Source: Actinomycetota bacterium
Lineage (GTDB): Bacteria > Actinomycetota > Actinomycetes > Mycobacteriales > Mycobacteriaceae
Assembly (NCBI GenBank): GCA_046735135.1
Contig: JBKPSU010000008.1
Coordinates: forward strand, 30,580 to 94,579
DNA: 64,000 bases
Direction: 5' to 3'
Part shown: positions 18,618-28,170 of the stretch, in pieces
How the letters are laid out: each line of letters opens with the position of its first letter
Numbering within the stretch: the first letter of the stretch is position 1
Position numbers and translations under genes: made by a program
The notes under the pieces: generated by a model
Database searches by the model: none
The model's input: the letters and a program-made list of their open reading frames with translations, nothing else
What the model was told of the DNA's origin: nothing

Positions 18618-19373
18618 ATGACCGCCCTACACGAACAGAAACTTCCCGCGGGCTACACGTTATTCGCACGCTACGCCTTTCCGCCCAACGAGCTCGGCTA
18701 CTGCGGTCCCGCTGACGCCGAGGTGTTGTTGCGCGGCGACGACGCGGCCGCGGTCGCCGCCCACGCCAAGGAGTTCGACGGCGCGTGGCCCTATCTGCGG
18801 GCCATCGCCGACGCAGCAGGCACACCGGATGCGTTGGACGCCGATGTCGTGCGCAGTTACTGGGTCGGCGGCCCGCAGCTGGATCGGGTTGACCCAGAAG
18901 GTCTGCTGCAGACGCTGCGCCGCGCCTTCCAGGGTCAAACAACGGGACTGCTGTTCGACCTGAATCAAGCGCGGGGCGCACTGGCCCATCACAGCTTCCA
19001 CGTCTTCGTGGTGTACCCCTGGGTGCGGTTTCTCGACCGGGACGCGGCGACGGCGCTTAAGGTCCTGCAGGACTGCCGGATCCGATGGGGCATCGTGGAA
19101 TCCGTCGAAGACGAACACGCGGTGATTACGACCAGCCCGCTGACATTCGCCGACGGCACCCTGGCACTCGGCGCGCCGCGGACCGAGCGGGTGCGCTGGA
19201 GGAAGAACAGGGTCTCGCTGATCGGGCCACCGGCGCCGGGCGACGTGGTGTCCGCGCATTGGGACTGGGCATGCGGCGTGCTGGACGAAGACGAATGTGA
19301 GGCGCTGACGGCGGCGACGCAGACGACACTGGATCTCGTGAACGCCGCCCGCGACGAGGAGCGAAACCGATGA
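18618..19373 (+). CDS. Conserved hydrogenase-cluster protein of unknown function (251 aa)
   Basis: ATG 18618 lies 5 nt after the hypF stop. MTALHEQKLPAGYTLFARYAFPPNELGYCGP start. No catalytic motif recognised. Confidence 0.7.
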   Translation: MTALHEQKLPAGYTLFARYAFPPNELGYCGPADAEVLLRGDDAAAVAAHAKEFDGAWPYLRAIADAAGTPDALDADVVRSYWVGGPQLDRVDPEGLLQTLRRAFQGQTTGLLFDLNQARGALAHHSFHVFVVYPWVRFLDRDAATALKVLQDCRIRWGIVESVEDEHAVITTSPLTFADGTLALGAPRTERVRWRKNRVSLIGPPAPGDVVSAHWDWACGVLDEDECEALTAATQTTLDLVNAARDEERNR

Positions 19374-20116
19374 CAGTCAATAAAGAACAGGGCGGGGGTT
19401 ACGTCGACACGAATCTGTCCGCCGACCTGGCTGCCGCAGCACTGGACCTGGCCCGCAAGTTTCACGACGGCGCCACGCTGTGGGTGATCTCTCCCCAGTG
19501 GGAGCCGCACGCCCATCACGTCGCCGTCGAGTTCGTCCATCCCGTGATCATGGGTAAACGGGCGCTGCCGTCGGTTGCCCTCGTCGACCCCGACCCGGTG
19601 GCACAGGCCAGGGTTGCCACCCAACCCGGCGACCTGCTGATGGCGGTGGCGTCTGCCGACGAACCCGCGACGATCGACGCGATGCGGCGGGCGCCGGCGT
19701 GGGGTGCGCTGACCTTGTGGATCGGCTCCGGTCCGCGCCCGCCCGCCGGCGCGGCGAACCACATCCTGTGGGTCGACTCCGACGATCCGATGGTGCCCGC
19801 CACCGGACGCTTCGTCCTGCTGTATCACCTGCTGTGGGAGCTCACCCACGTCTGCTTCGAGCATCCCGGTCTGCTGAAGCCGGCCCCGCAGGAGTGCACC
19901 GACGACGTCTGCGTGACGTGCAGTGACGAAGGGCGCCTCGCTGAAGTGATCCTGGAGCCCGCAGACCGGTTGGGGCAGGCCCTGGTTCGCACCAGCAATG
20001 GTGAGGAGTGGGTGGATGTCAGCGTGCTCGGCGATGTCGCGCCGAACGACCTTGTGCTGCTGCATGCGGGAACGGCGATCGCGCGCCTTGGCGATGCAGA
20101 GGAGGTGAACCGATGA
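19370..20116 (+). CDS. Degenerate SIS-like domain fused to a C-terminal HypC/HupF-like domain
   Basis: The N-terminal part aligns by eye to the GmhA/SIS fold but lacks the GNGGS and STSGNS motifs. The C-terminal part, CVTCSDEGRLAEVI...GEEWVDVSVLGDVAPNDLVLLHAGTAIARL, resembles a HypC barrel. ATGA overlaps at both ends. Confidence 0.65.
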   Translation: MTVNKEQGGGYVDTNLSADLAAAALDLARKFHDGATLWVISPQWEPHAHHVAVEFVHPVIMGKRALPSVALVDPDPVAQARVATQPGDLLMAVASADEPATIDAMRRAPAWGALTLWIGSGPRPPAGAANHILWVDSDDPMVPATGRFVLLYHLLWELTHVCFEHPGLLKPAPQECTDDVCVTCSDEGRLAEVILEPADRLGQALVRTSNGEEWVDVSVLGDVAPNDLVLLHAGTAIARLGDAEEVNR

Positions 20117-20799
20117 CCACACACGGCGAGAGCACCGAGAGCACGGGCTTTCTGTATCCGTTCATCGAGTCCGAGGAGACCGATGCCACCAGCCTGCTCG
20201 ACGATCTCTCCGCCTCGGCAAGGGGCAAGGCCGCCGAAAGCGCCCGCCTGCAACGGGAGTCGCTGCAGGAGTACGGGCCCGCACTGTCCGCGGCGGGAAT
20301 CGAGATGGCCGAGCGGTTCCTTCGCGGCGGTCGGCTCTACACCTTGGGCAACGGAGGCAGCTCCACCGACGCGGCAACATTGGCGTCGCTGTTCAGTCGT
20401 CCGGCGCAGGGCCGCGCGGTGGCGGCGTGGTCACTGGCCGCAGACGAGGCGGTGGTGACGGCACTCGGCAACGACGTGGGCTTCGAGCTGATCTTCAAGC
20501 GGCAGATCATCGCCCACGCCCGCGATCGCGATGTCGCCATCGCGTTGTCGACCTCCGGCAACTCCGAGGATTTGATGACGGCGATCACCGAAGCCAAGCG
20601 CCGAGGCCTGCTGACGATCGGGTTCTCCGGTCACGACGGCGGCCGGATGGCGGTGGCAGAGGACCTCGACCACTGCTTCACGGTGCACAGCCAGAGCATT
20701 CACCGCATCCAGGAGAGCCACGCCATGCTCGGCTTCCGGCTCTGGTCGGTCGCGCAGGAACACATGTCCCGTCCCCGTAATGGAGTGCACACTTCATGA
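20113..20799 (+). CDS. SIS-domain protein (phosphoheptose isomerase GmhA-like)
   Basis: Canonical SIS motifs LGNGGSSTDA and LSTSGNSEDL, and the HRIQESHAMLG helix. ATGA overlaps with both neighbours. Confidence 0.8.
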   Translation: MTTHGESTESTGFLYPFIESEETDATSLLDDLSASARGKAAESARLQRESLQEYGPALSAAGIEMAERFLRGGRLYTLGNGGSSTDAATLASLFSRPAQGRAVAAWSLAADEAVVTALGNDVGFELIFKRQIIAHARDRDVAIALSTSGNSEDLMTAITEAKRRGLLTIGFSGHDGGRMAVAEDLDHCFTVHSQSIHRIQESHAMLGFRLWSVAQEHMSRPRNGVHTS

Positions 20800-21896
20800 G
20801 CACAACCGACGCAATGACCTCGGCCGAACGCGAAGACCGCGTGCTGGAACGAATCGACAAGTTCCGCCAGCGCCGGCCGCGGCTGCTCGACGACGTGGTC
20901 ACCCTCGCTCACGGTGCGGGCGGGAAGTCGTCGGCCGCGCTCATGGACGCGGTGTTCCTCGAGGCGTTCCGCAACGAGGAACTCGAACAGCTCGGTGACG
21001 CCGCCGGGCTGCGCCTCCCGTCCGGTGAGCGGCTGGCCTTTTCCACCGACTCGTTCGTCGTTTCGCCGCGGCGCTTCCCCGGCGGTTCGATCGGCCACGT
21101 CGCGGTGCACGGGACGATCAACGACCTCGCGGTGTCGGGCGCTCGCCCGCAATGGCTTTCGGCCGCGTTCGTCATCGAGGAAGGGTTCCCGATCTCCGAG
21201 TTGCGGGAGATCGTCGCGGACATGAGCGAAGCCGCCGCCAAGGCAGGCGTGCAGATCGTCACCGGTGACACCAAGGTGGTCGGCAAGGGCGCAGCCGACG
21301 GTGTCTACATCTCGACCGCAGGCGTCGGTGTGATTCCCGAGGGCAGGCAGCTGTCGCGCGACCTCGTGCGGCCCGGCGACAAGGTGGTGGTGTCCGGCAC
21401 GATCGGCGAGCACGGGATGGCGGTCATGCTCGCCCGCGGCGACCTCGCCATCGACGCGGACATCGCCTCCGACACCGCGCCCGTCCACGAACTGGTCGAA
21501 CTGCTTCTGGCGGCTGCACCGTCGACGCGGTGGATGCGCGATGCGACCCGCGGCGGCGTCGGGACGGTGTGCAACGAACTCGTCAAGGACGCCCCGTTCG
21601 CACTCGTCCTCGACGAAGCGAGCCTTCCGATCGAACCGCAGGTGCTCGGCGCCTGCGACATGCTCGGCATCGACCCGCTTTACGTCGCCAACGAGGGCAA
21701 GTTCGTCGCGGTCGTCGCGCCGGATGAAGCCGATGCGGCCGTCGCCGCAATCCGGACGCATCCGCAGGGCGACCGAGCGACGGTGGTGGGCGAGATCATG
21801 CCGCAACCGAACGGCATTGTCGCGCTGAGGACTTCGTTTGGTGGCAGCCGAATCGTCGACATGCTCGTCGGCGACCCGCTACCACGAATCTGCTGA
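20796..21896 (+). CDS. hypE: Hydrogenase maturation carbamoyl dehydratase HypE
   Basis: AIR-synthase-like fold (LAHGAGGKSS, GDTKVV) and the diagnostic C-terminus PRIC. Confidence 0.95.
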   Translation: MSTTDAMTSAEREDRVLERIDKFRQRRPRLLDDVVTLAHGAGGKSSAALMDAVFLEAFRNEELEQLGDAAGLRLPSGERLAFSTDSFVVSPRRFPGGSIGHVAVHGTINDLAVSGARPQWLSAAFVIEEGFPISELREIVADMSEAAAKAGVQIVTGDTKVVGKGAADGVYISTAGVGVIPEGRQLSRDLVRPGDKVVVSGTIGEHGMAVMLARGDLAIDADIASDTAPVHELVELLLAAAPSTRWMRDATRGGVGTVCNELVKDAPFALVLDEASLPIEPQVLGACDMLGIDPLYVANEGKFVAVVAPDEADAAVAAIRTHPQGDRATVVGEIMPQPNGIVALRTSFGGSRIVDMLVGDPLPRIC

Positions 21897-21921
21897 TGGA
21901 CATCGAGAAAGGAGCTTGACG

Positions 21922-22194
21922 ATGTGTCTGGGAATCCCCGGCCAGGTGGTCGACATCGTCGACGCCGAACAGTCCCTGGCCAAGGTCGACGTCAACGGCG
22001 TGCGCAGGAACATCAGCGTACGGCTGCTCGCCGACGACAATCTGCAGGTCGGTGACTGGGTCTTGGTGCACGTCGGGTTCGCGATGGCCCGGATCGACGA
22101 GCGCGAGGCCAAACTCACGCTCGACCAGGTGCAGAAGATGGGCGCCGACTACGTCAATGAGATCGAAGCATTCAACTCGTCCGAGATCGCTTGA
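21922..22194 (+). CDS. hypC: Second HypC/HupF chaperone
   Basis: MCLGIPGQVVDIV start at ATG 21922, with AAAGGAG RBS at 21908-21914. 90 aa. Confidence 0.9.
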   Translation: MCLGIPGQVVDIVDAEQSLAKVDVNGVRRNISVRLLADDNLQVGDWVLVHVGFAMARIDEREAKLTLDQVQKMGADYVNEIEAFNSSEIA

Positions 22195-22204
22195 GAGGCT
22201 TGAC

Positions 22205-23332
22205 ATGAAGTTCGTCGACGAATTCCGGGACCCGGCGGCCGCACGCGCACTGGTCAAATCGATCACCGAGCTCGCGTCCGAAGGCGAGTTCAAGTTCATG
22301 GAGGTGTGCGGAGGTCACACGCACACGATTTACCGGCACGGCATCGAACATCTGCTTCCAGAGTCGGTCGAGCTGGTCCATGGGCCCGGCTGCCCGGTGT
22401 GTGTGATCCCGATGGGCCGCGTCGACGACGCGATGTGGCTTGCCGAACAGCCGAACATCATCTTCACCACATTCGGCGACATGATGCGCGTGCCGGGCTC
22501 GAAGGGCAATCTCATCGAGGCCAAGGCGCGCGGCGCCGACGTGCGCTTCGTCTATTCCCCGCTCGACGCGCTGAAGGTCGCCGTCGACAATCCCGACAAG
22601 CACATCGTCTTCTTCGCCGTCGGATTCGAGACCACCGCACCGTCCACCGCCGTGACGCTGGTCCGTGCCCGCGCGCTCGGTGTGCGCAATTTCAGCATCT
22701 TCTGCAACCACGTCACGATCGTTCCGCCGATCAAGGCGATCCTCGAATCACCCGACCTACGGCTGTCCGGGTTCCTCGGGCCGGGTCACGTGTCCACGGT
22801 CGTGGGCCTTCGGCCGTATCGATTCGTACCCGAGGTGTACGGAAAACCGATGGTGGTGGCGGGATTCGAGCCGCTCGACATCCTGGCGTCGGTGCACATG
22901 CTGTTGCAGCAGGTCCGCGACGGGCGCTGCGAGGTGGAAAACCAGTACACCCGCGTCGTCCGACCCGAGGGCAACACCCAGGCGCTGAAGTTGATGGCCG
23001 AGACGTTCGAACTGCGGCCCCACTTCGAGTGGCGCGGGCTGGGTTTCATCTCGCAGAGCGCGTTGAAGGTCCATCGCGATTACGCCGAGTTCGACGCCGA
23101 GCTGAAGTTCGACATGCCCGGCGTTCGGGTCGCCGACCCCAAGGCCTGCCAGTGCGGCGAGGTCCTGAAGGGCGTCATCAAGCCGTGGGAGTGCAAGGTG
23201 TTCGGCACCGCGTGCACGCCCGAGACACCGATCGGTACGTGCATGGTCAGCCCAGAGGGTGCCTGCGCGGCGTACTACAACTTCGGCAGGCTGCACCGCG
23301 AGACCGCTCAGTTGCTGGGCCAACGCGGCTAG
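22205..23332 (+). CDS. hypD: Hydrogenase maturation Fe-S protein HypD
   Basis: MKFVDEFRD start, CGGHTH, GPGCPVCV, FAVGFETT, GFLGPGHVS(T) and C-terminal Cys cluster motifs. Confidence 0.95.
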   Translation: MKFVDEFRDPAAARALVKSITELASEGEFKFMEVCGGHTHTIYRHGIEHLLPESVELVHGPGCPVCVIPMGRVDDAMWLAEQPNIIFTTFGDMMRVPGSKGNLIEAKARGADVRFVYSPLDALKVAVDNPDKHIVFFAVGFETTAPSTAVTLVRARALGVRNFSIFCNHVTIVPPIKAILESPDLRLSGFLGPGHVSTVVGLRPYRFVPEVYGKPMVVAGFEPLDILASVHMLLQQVRDGRCEVENQYTRVVRPEGNTQALKLMAETFELRPHFEWRGLGFISQSALKVHRDYAEFDAELKFDMPGVRVADPKACQCGEVLKGVIKPWECKVFGTACTPETPIGTCMVSPEGACAAYYNFGRLHRETAQLLGQRG

Positions 23333-23409
23333 CTGGGGTTTCGGGCGCGAAATCGCGGGTAGCCGTGTCACGGTCGCCGCAGTCCATACGGCGGCCGTGA
23401 GGAGCAGTC

Positions 23410-23664
23410 ATGAGCAGCCCAGAGGACCGCTTTGCAGGAGACCCGGCGCCAGGAACGCGGGACACCGGCTCGGACGAACCGTCAGGCGGCGAGGATCGGC
23501 CGTCGGGTAGCTACGAGGGTGACGAAAGTGTCCCCAAGCTCAGCGATCCCGATAACCCGGACGTTGACAGCCGGACGACAAACCAGCCACCGCGCGATGT
23601 GAAACCCGAGACACCGCCGTACGAAGGCCGAACGGACAGCGGCAAACACCGCACCCCGGATTAA
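23410..23664 (+). CDS. Hypothetical acidic, Pro/Asp-rich, probably disordered 84-aa protein
   Basis: GAGGAG RBS 6 nt upstream of the ATG. Moderate GC3. No recognisable domain. Confidence 0.45.
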   Translation: MSSPEDRFAGDPAPGTRDTGSDEPSGGEDRPSGSYEGDESVPKLSDPDNPDVDSRTTNQPPRDVKPETPPYEGRTDSGKHRTPD

Positions 23665-23859
23665 TCACCACTGGTCACGGGGGACATCGAAGTCGACACA
23701 CAGTGCCCGCCAGACGTCGCGGGGTTCGACGCCGTCTTCGATGGCTTGGGCTGCCGTCCGCCCGCCGAATCCGCTGAGTACGTGGTCGACCAGTAACGAT
23801 CGGCCACGCACCGAACCGAACTGACCCTCGACGAGTTCGTTGAATTCCGTCAACCGCAC
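23665..23859 (-). CDS. DUF3046-family protein (Rv2738c-like, the usual recA upstream neighbour)
   Basis: MRLTEFNELVEGQFG...VWRALCVDFDVPRDQW. GTG start at 23859. Only 26 nt separate it from the divergent hemerythrin gene. Confidence 0.8.
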   Translation of the reverse strand: MRLTEFNELVEGQFGSVRGRSLLVDHVLSGFGGRTAAQAIEDGVEPRDVWRALCVDFDVPRDQW

Positions 23860-23885
23860 ACCATCAACCTACGTGGGGAGAACAA

Positions 23886-24443
23886 ATGAGCACAAAGCAA
23901 AAGGACATCATCGACGACATCATCACGGACCACCGTGAGGTGGAGGCCGTGTTCAAACAGCTTGAGACCAACGACAACCCGGCCACGCGACGGCAGCTCG
24001 TCGAGCACGTGGTCGCCGAGCTGGTGCGCCACTCGGTCGGCGAAGAGCAGTACCTCTACCCGGCGGCTCGAAAGGCATTGCCCGACGGCGACAAGATCGT
24101 CGACCACGAGCTGCACGAGCATGCGGAAGCCGAAGAGATCATGAACAAGATCGAGAAAACGGAGAAAGAGGACGCGGAGTTCGACAAGTTGGTGAGCGAA
24201 TTGATCAAGGACATCCGCCACCACATCGAGGACGAGGAGGGTGACCTCCTGCCGAAGCTGCGTGAGGCATGCGACGCCGAAGAGCTCGGCAAGCTCGGCG
24301 AACAGTTCGAAAAGGCCAAGAAGATCGCGCCGACGCGGCCGCATCCGTCTGCCCCTGACAAGCCGCCCGCGAACAAGATCCTCGATCCCGGCGTCGGGCT
24401 CATCGACCGCCTGCGGGACGCACTGAGCGGTCGCAACACCTGA
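23886..24443 (+). CDS. Hemerythrin-like (HHE cation-binding) domain protein
   Basis: His/Glu ligand pattern (DHREV...HSVGEEQYLYP...HELHEHAEAEE...IRHHIEDEE). GGGGAG RBS. Confidence 0.85.
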   Translation: MSTKQKDIIDDIITDHREVEAVFKQLETNDNPATRRQLVEHVVAELVRHSVGEEQYLYPAARKALPDGDKIVDHELHEHAEAEEIMNKIEKTEKEDAEFDKLVSELIKDIRHHIEDEEGDLLPKLREACDAEELGKLGEQFEKAKKIAPTRPHPSAPDKPPANKILDPGVGLIDRLRDALSGRNT

Positions 24444-24446
24444 GAG

Positions 24447-25619
24447 CTATCGCCGCCGCGCTAGCGCCGCGTGGCACACCCGCACCGGATCTGCCACGTC
24501 GGCCACGCTGGCACCCGCGCGTCTGGCTGCTTCGGCATAGTGCGGTGCGGATAGCACTTCGGTGACGGCCGACGTCAACGCGGCGGGTTCCAGCGGTCGC
24601 ACCAATTGCGCACTGCCTTGGCGCACAAGGCGGTTGGCGATCTCCCACTGATCGCCACCACCGGGCACCACCACCATCGGCACCCCGGCCAGCAGCGCTT
24701 TGGCCACCATCCCGTGCCCTCCACCGCAGATCACGAGGTCGGCGTGCTTCAGCAATTCGTCCTGGCGACCGAGTCCGACCACGGCCCACGGCGGCACGTC
24801 GACATCCGATCCGCCGAGTCGCGACACCACGACCCGGGCACCGCGCGGCAACTCCCGCCCCGGTCGCAGCGCCTCCAACGCCACCTCGGTCATGCCGCGG
24901 GCACCGGTCACCGCGGTGGACGGTGCGACGAGGATGACCGGTCCATCGCCGGGCGGTATCTCCAACACCGCATCGGTCGGCTCGAAATGGAGGGGACCGA
25001 CCACGACGGCTTCCTCGGGCCAGTCCGGTCTCGGCACCTCGAGGGCGGGCAGTGTGGCGATGAGTCTGCGCAGCGGTCCGGGATCGGTTGCAGGCAGGCT
25101 GATTTCGACGCGCACCGCCGAACGCTGACGGATACCCTCGCGCCACGACCGCGCCGTCAGCGCCCGCATGACCGCATCGCGGAGCTTCCCCCGGATTCCC
25201 ACCCCCGGCGCCAGTCCGCTGCCCAGCGGCGGCAGACCCTTCGACGGCCGGTACAAAGGAGCGGGGTTGAGTTCGATCCACGGTATGCCGAGCAGCTCGG
25301 CCCCGAGCCCGCCGCACGCGGTGATCACATCGGACACCACCACGTCGGGTGTCAGCTCCCGCAGCACCGGCACGTTGAGCACGGCCATCCGTGCCGCCCG
25401 CTGGTGGATCTTTGCGCCCGCGTCGGTGTCGTCGTCGACTTCGGTGGGATCAAGGCCGACCAGTTCGACCGCATCCACCCCGACCGAACGGGCGGTGTCC
25501 AGCCATTCCGTGCCCGTCAGCAGCGTCGGTGAATCGCCCGCTGCCAGGAACAAACGGCACAGTGCGAGCGCGGGAAAGGCGTGTCCGGGATCCGGCCCTG
25601 CGACCACGGCGACACGCAT
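24447..25619 (-). CDS. GT1-family (MGT/UDP-glycosyltransferase-like) glycosyltransferase, Rv2739c-like
   Basis: MRVAVVAGPDPGHAFPALAL start at ATG 25619. C-terminal donor-binding region ICGGGHGMVAKALLAGVPMVVVPGGGDQ. Confidence 0.85.
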   Translation of the reverse strand: MRVAVVAGPDPGHAFPALALCRLFLAAGDSPTLLTGTEWLDTARSVGVDAVELVGLDPTEVDDDTDAGAKIHQRAARMAVLNVPVLRELTPDVVVSDVITACGGLGAELLGIPWIELNPAPLYRPSKGLPPLGSGLAPGVGIRGKLRDAVMRALTARSWREGIRQRSAVRVEISLPATDPGPLRRLIATLPALEVPRPDWPEEAVVVGPLHFEPTDAVLEIPPGDGPVILVAPSTAVTGARGMTEVALEALRPGRELPRGARVVVSRLGGSDVDVPPWAVVGLGRQDELLKHADLVICGGGHGMVAKALLAGVPMVVVPGGGDQWEIANRLVRQGSAQLVRPLEPAALTSAVTEVLSAPHYAEAARRAGASVADVADPVRVCHAALARRR

Positions 25620-25660
25620 GCGGCTACCCTGCCACAGCGCCGGGCCACTACGCTGAGGGC

Positions 25661-26098
25661 ATGACGGGGACGGAATCAACCGTGGAGACCACAGCCAACT
25701 CACGCACAGTCGAAACCTTCTTGTACGCGTTGCAGGACGAAGACTTCGACACTGCCGAATCGTTGATGGCCGACAACTTCGAATGGCAGAACGTCGGCTA
25801 TCCGACCATGCGCGGTCGGCGGCGCATCATGAGCATCTTCCGGCGCGGTGAGGGCCGCGTCGGCTTCGAGGTGAAGATCCACCGGATCGCCACCGAGGGG
25901 AACGCAGTGCTCACCGAGCGGACCGACGCGTTGATCATCGGGCCGGTTCGCATGCAGTTCTGGGTGTGCGGGACCTTCGAGGTGCACGGCGGCCGGATCA
26001 CGCTGTGGCGCGACCACTTCGACTTGTACGACGTCGTCAAGGGAACGGTGCGCGGGCTTCTCGGCGCCGTGGTGCCGTCGCTTCGCCCGACGATGTAG
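25661..26098 (+). CDS. ephG: Limonene-1,2-epoxide hydrolase-family protein
   Basis: 145-aa SnoaL/LEH-like fold (VETFLYALQDEDFDTAESLMADNFEWQNVG...ITLWRDHFD). Same position as Mtb Rv2740. Confidence 0.8.
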   Translation: MTGTESTVETTANSRTVETFLYALQDEDFDTAESLMADNFEWQNVGYPTMRGRRRIMSIFRRGEGRVGFEVKIHRIATEGNAVLTERTDALIIGPVRMQFWVCGTFEVHGGRITLWRDHFDLYDVVKGTVRGLLGAVVPSLRPTM

Positions 26099-26100
26099 TG

Positions 26101-26931
26101 CTATGCGCGGCGCAGGCCGCCGAGTTCGTCGAACGCCTGCGCCCAGCCGGTCAGCCGGTCGGTGGCGTTGACCAGCTCGTCGCGATACCGCTGCTGCGAC
26201 ATCGGTGAGCTCGACATCGGCCCGGTGTTCGCCGCGGACACCAATTGTGCTGCGGCGGTGACCATCTCGTTGTACTGATTTGCGCCGTTGTCGAGCTGGG
26301 CGGTGAACGCCGCGATCGTCGGCGCCAGATGGGAGCGTGCCTGCGGGGCGTTGGCGATCGTCCGCTCCATCGACACCACCTCGTCGGCGGTCGCCGCCAT
26401 GGTCGCGGCGGACTGGTTCGCGACGGCCGCCAGGTCACGGATCTCACCCGCGGGCAGCATCCTGCCCCGCTCCATCACGCTAATCAACGAGAACAGCCCG
26501 CGCTCGGATGCGGCGAGCGCGGCCATCGGTTGCCTTGCCGCCGAACCCCACGGTGGCAGTCGGCGCGTGGCCCTCGACCGCTGCGGGGGCAGGGGTTCTC
26601 CGCGCAGCCAGCGGTAACGCAGGAACGCCAGTGTGGCGAGGAATGCCGCTCCGACCGCTATCGGGGTGGGGATGAAGATCGCCCACGCCGGCGTGTTCCA
26701 GACCGCGAGCAACACCGTCACGCCCACCCAGATCAGGCACGACACCGTGAAGAACAGGCCGAGCCTCAGCGCCCATTTACGCTTGCGCAGTTGCTTGGCG
26801 CGCGGATCGGCCGCCGAATTGAGCTTCTGCGCCAGCACATCGGAAAGTTCAGCGGCGGTATCGATTCCGCGCTGGGCGAGCGAGCGCCACGCCTCGGGCC
26901 TGCTTACTGTCGAGCGCTGTTTCATTGCCAA
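26101..26931 (-). CDS. Ala-rich membrane protein, Rv2743c-like partner of PspA
   Basis: Two central TM helices (LGLFFTVSCLIWVGVTVLLAV, IFIPTPIAVGAAFLATLAFL). Immediately downstream of pspA. Confidence 0.8.
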   Translation of the reverse strand: MAMKQRSTVSRPEAWRSLAQRGIDTAAELSDVLAQKLNSAADPRAKQLRKRKWALRLGLFFTVSCLIWVGVTVLLAVWNTPAWAIFIPTPIAVGAAFLATLAFLRYRWLRGEPLPPQRSRATRRLPPWGSAARQPMAALAASERGLFSLISVMERGRMLPAGEIRDLAAVANQSAATMAATADEVVSMERTIANAPQARSHLAPTIAAFTAQLDNGANQYNEMVTAAAQLVSAANTGPMSSSPMSQQRYRDELVNATDRLTGWAQAFDELGGLRRA

Positions 26932-26942
26932 ACCGATGCCGA

Positions 26943-27755
26943 CTACTGACCGAGGGGCTTCTCGGGCTCCGCCTCCGGCGCGGACGCCGGGGTGGCCGGA
27001 GCGGCCGTGCCGGAAGCGCCCGTCGGCAGAGCTTCACCGCGCATCGAGGCGCGGATCTGCTCGAGCCGCGAGTGCCCGGCCATGTGCACGCTGGCCTGCT
27101 GGACCTCGAGCATCCGGCCCTGAACCGAGTTCTGGGCCAGCTCGGCGGCGCCCATCGCGTTGGCGTAGCGGCGTTCGATCTTCTGACGGACCTCGTCGAG
27201 GCTCGGGGTATTGCCGGGGGCGGCCAGCTCGCTCATCGACTGCAGGGACGCGCTCACCTGCTCCTGCATCTTGGCCTGCTCGAGCTGGCTGAGCAGCTTG
27301 GTTCGCTCAGCGATCTTCTGCTGCAGCATCATCGCGTTCTGCTCGACGGCCTTCTTGGCCTGGCCCGCCGCCTGCAAGGCCTGATCGTGCAGACCCTTGA
27401 GGTCTTCGACGCTCTGTTCGGCGGTCACCAGCTGGGCCGCGAACGCCTCGGCCGCGTTGTTGTACTCGGTGGCCTTGGCGGCGTCTCCCGTCGCGGTGGC
27501 CTGGTCGGCCAGCGTGAGCGCCTGACGCACATTGACCTGCAGCTTCTCGATGTCGGCGAGCTGACGGTTGAGCCGCATCTCCAGCTGGCGCTGATTGCCG
27601 ATCACCTGTGCCGCCTGCGTGGACAGCGCTTGGTGCTGACGCTGAGCCTCTTCGATGGCCTGCTGGATCTGCACCTTCGGATCGGCGTATTCGTCGACCT
27701 TCGAGCTGAAAAGCGCCATCAAATAGCGCCACGCCTTGGAGAACGGATTGGCCAT
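26943..27755 (-). CDS. pspA: PspA/IM30-family protein (35 kDa antigen homologue)
   Basis: [42 protein letters not shown] coiled-coil PspA N-terminus. 270 aa. Confidence 0.93.
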   Translation of the reverse strand: MANPFSKAWRYLMALFSSKVDEYADPKVQIQQAIEEAQRQHQALSTQAAQVIGNQRQLEMRLNRQLADIEKLQVNVRQALTLADQATATGDAAKATEYNNAAEAFAAQLVTAEQSVEDLKGLHDQALQAAGQAKKAVEQNAMMLQQKIAERTKLLSQLEQAKMQEQVSASLQSMSELAAPGNTPSLDEVRQKIERRYANAMGAAELAQNSVQGRMLEVQQASVHMAGHSRLEQIRASMRGEALPTGASGTAAPATPASAPEAEPEKPLGQ

Positions 27756-27837
27756 GGGTTCATTCCGCCTTCGTGTCAGAAAACTGCTTCTGTGTGCCTA
27801 CTGCCAACCTATCGGTTTCGTGCAGATCGGGACAGAA

Positions 27838-28170
27838 TCAGGCAACCGCCATCGACACGGCGTGCGGAATGACGACCTTGGTCGTGGCGTCGATATTCGC
27901 CGCACTGACCGCATTGCGGACGAACGCCTTGCGTTCCTCCTGCGCCATTTCGTCGCCCGCGTCGGACAGCACCCGCGACAGCGGGACCTCCAGGGCGCCG
28001 CAGATGGCGCTGAGCAGTTCGCTCGAGGCCTCTTTGCGGCCGCGCTCCACCTCGGACAGATAACCGAGGCTGACTCGCGCGGCATCGGATACCTCGCGCA
28101 GGGTGCGGCCCTGATCGATTCGGGCACGACGCAGCACGTCGCCGATAACCTCGCGCAGCAATGTCCCCAT
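27838..28170 (-). CDS. clgR: XRE-family HTH regulator ClgR
   Basis: [39 protein letters not shown] 28170 is preferred over GTG 28185 because AAGGAGAG lies 6 nt upstream of the ATG. Confidence 0.9.
   Translation of the reverse strand: MGTLLREVIGDVLRRARIDQGRTLREVSDAARVSLGYLSEVERGRKEASSELLSAICGALEVPLSRVLSDAGDEMAQEERKAFVRNAVSAANIDATTKVVIPHAVSMAVA

Noticed and set aside
23333-23409. Possible terminator or small RNA after hypD
   Set aside because: Only short 5-bp GC stems are present (CGCCG...CGGCG) with no U-tract, which cannot be distinguished from background in this GC-rich DNA.
23860-23885. Possible RecA-NDp-type promoter (TTGTTC...TAGGTT) for the DUF3046 gene
   Set aside because: The spacing between the TTGT element and the -10 hexamer is 8 nt rather than the 11 nt seen at recA, and the TTGTCR core is not matched. 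It is probably just a leaderless -10.
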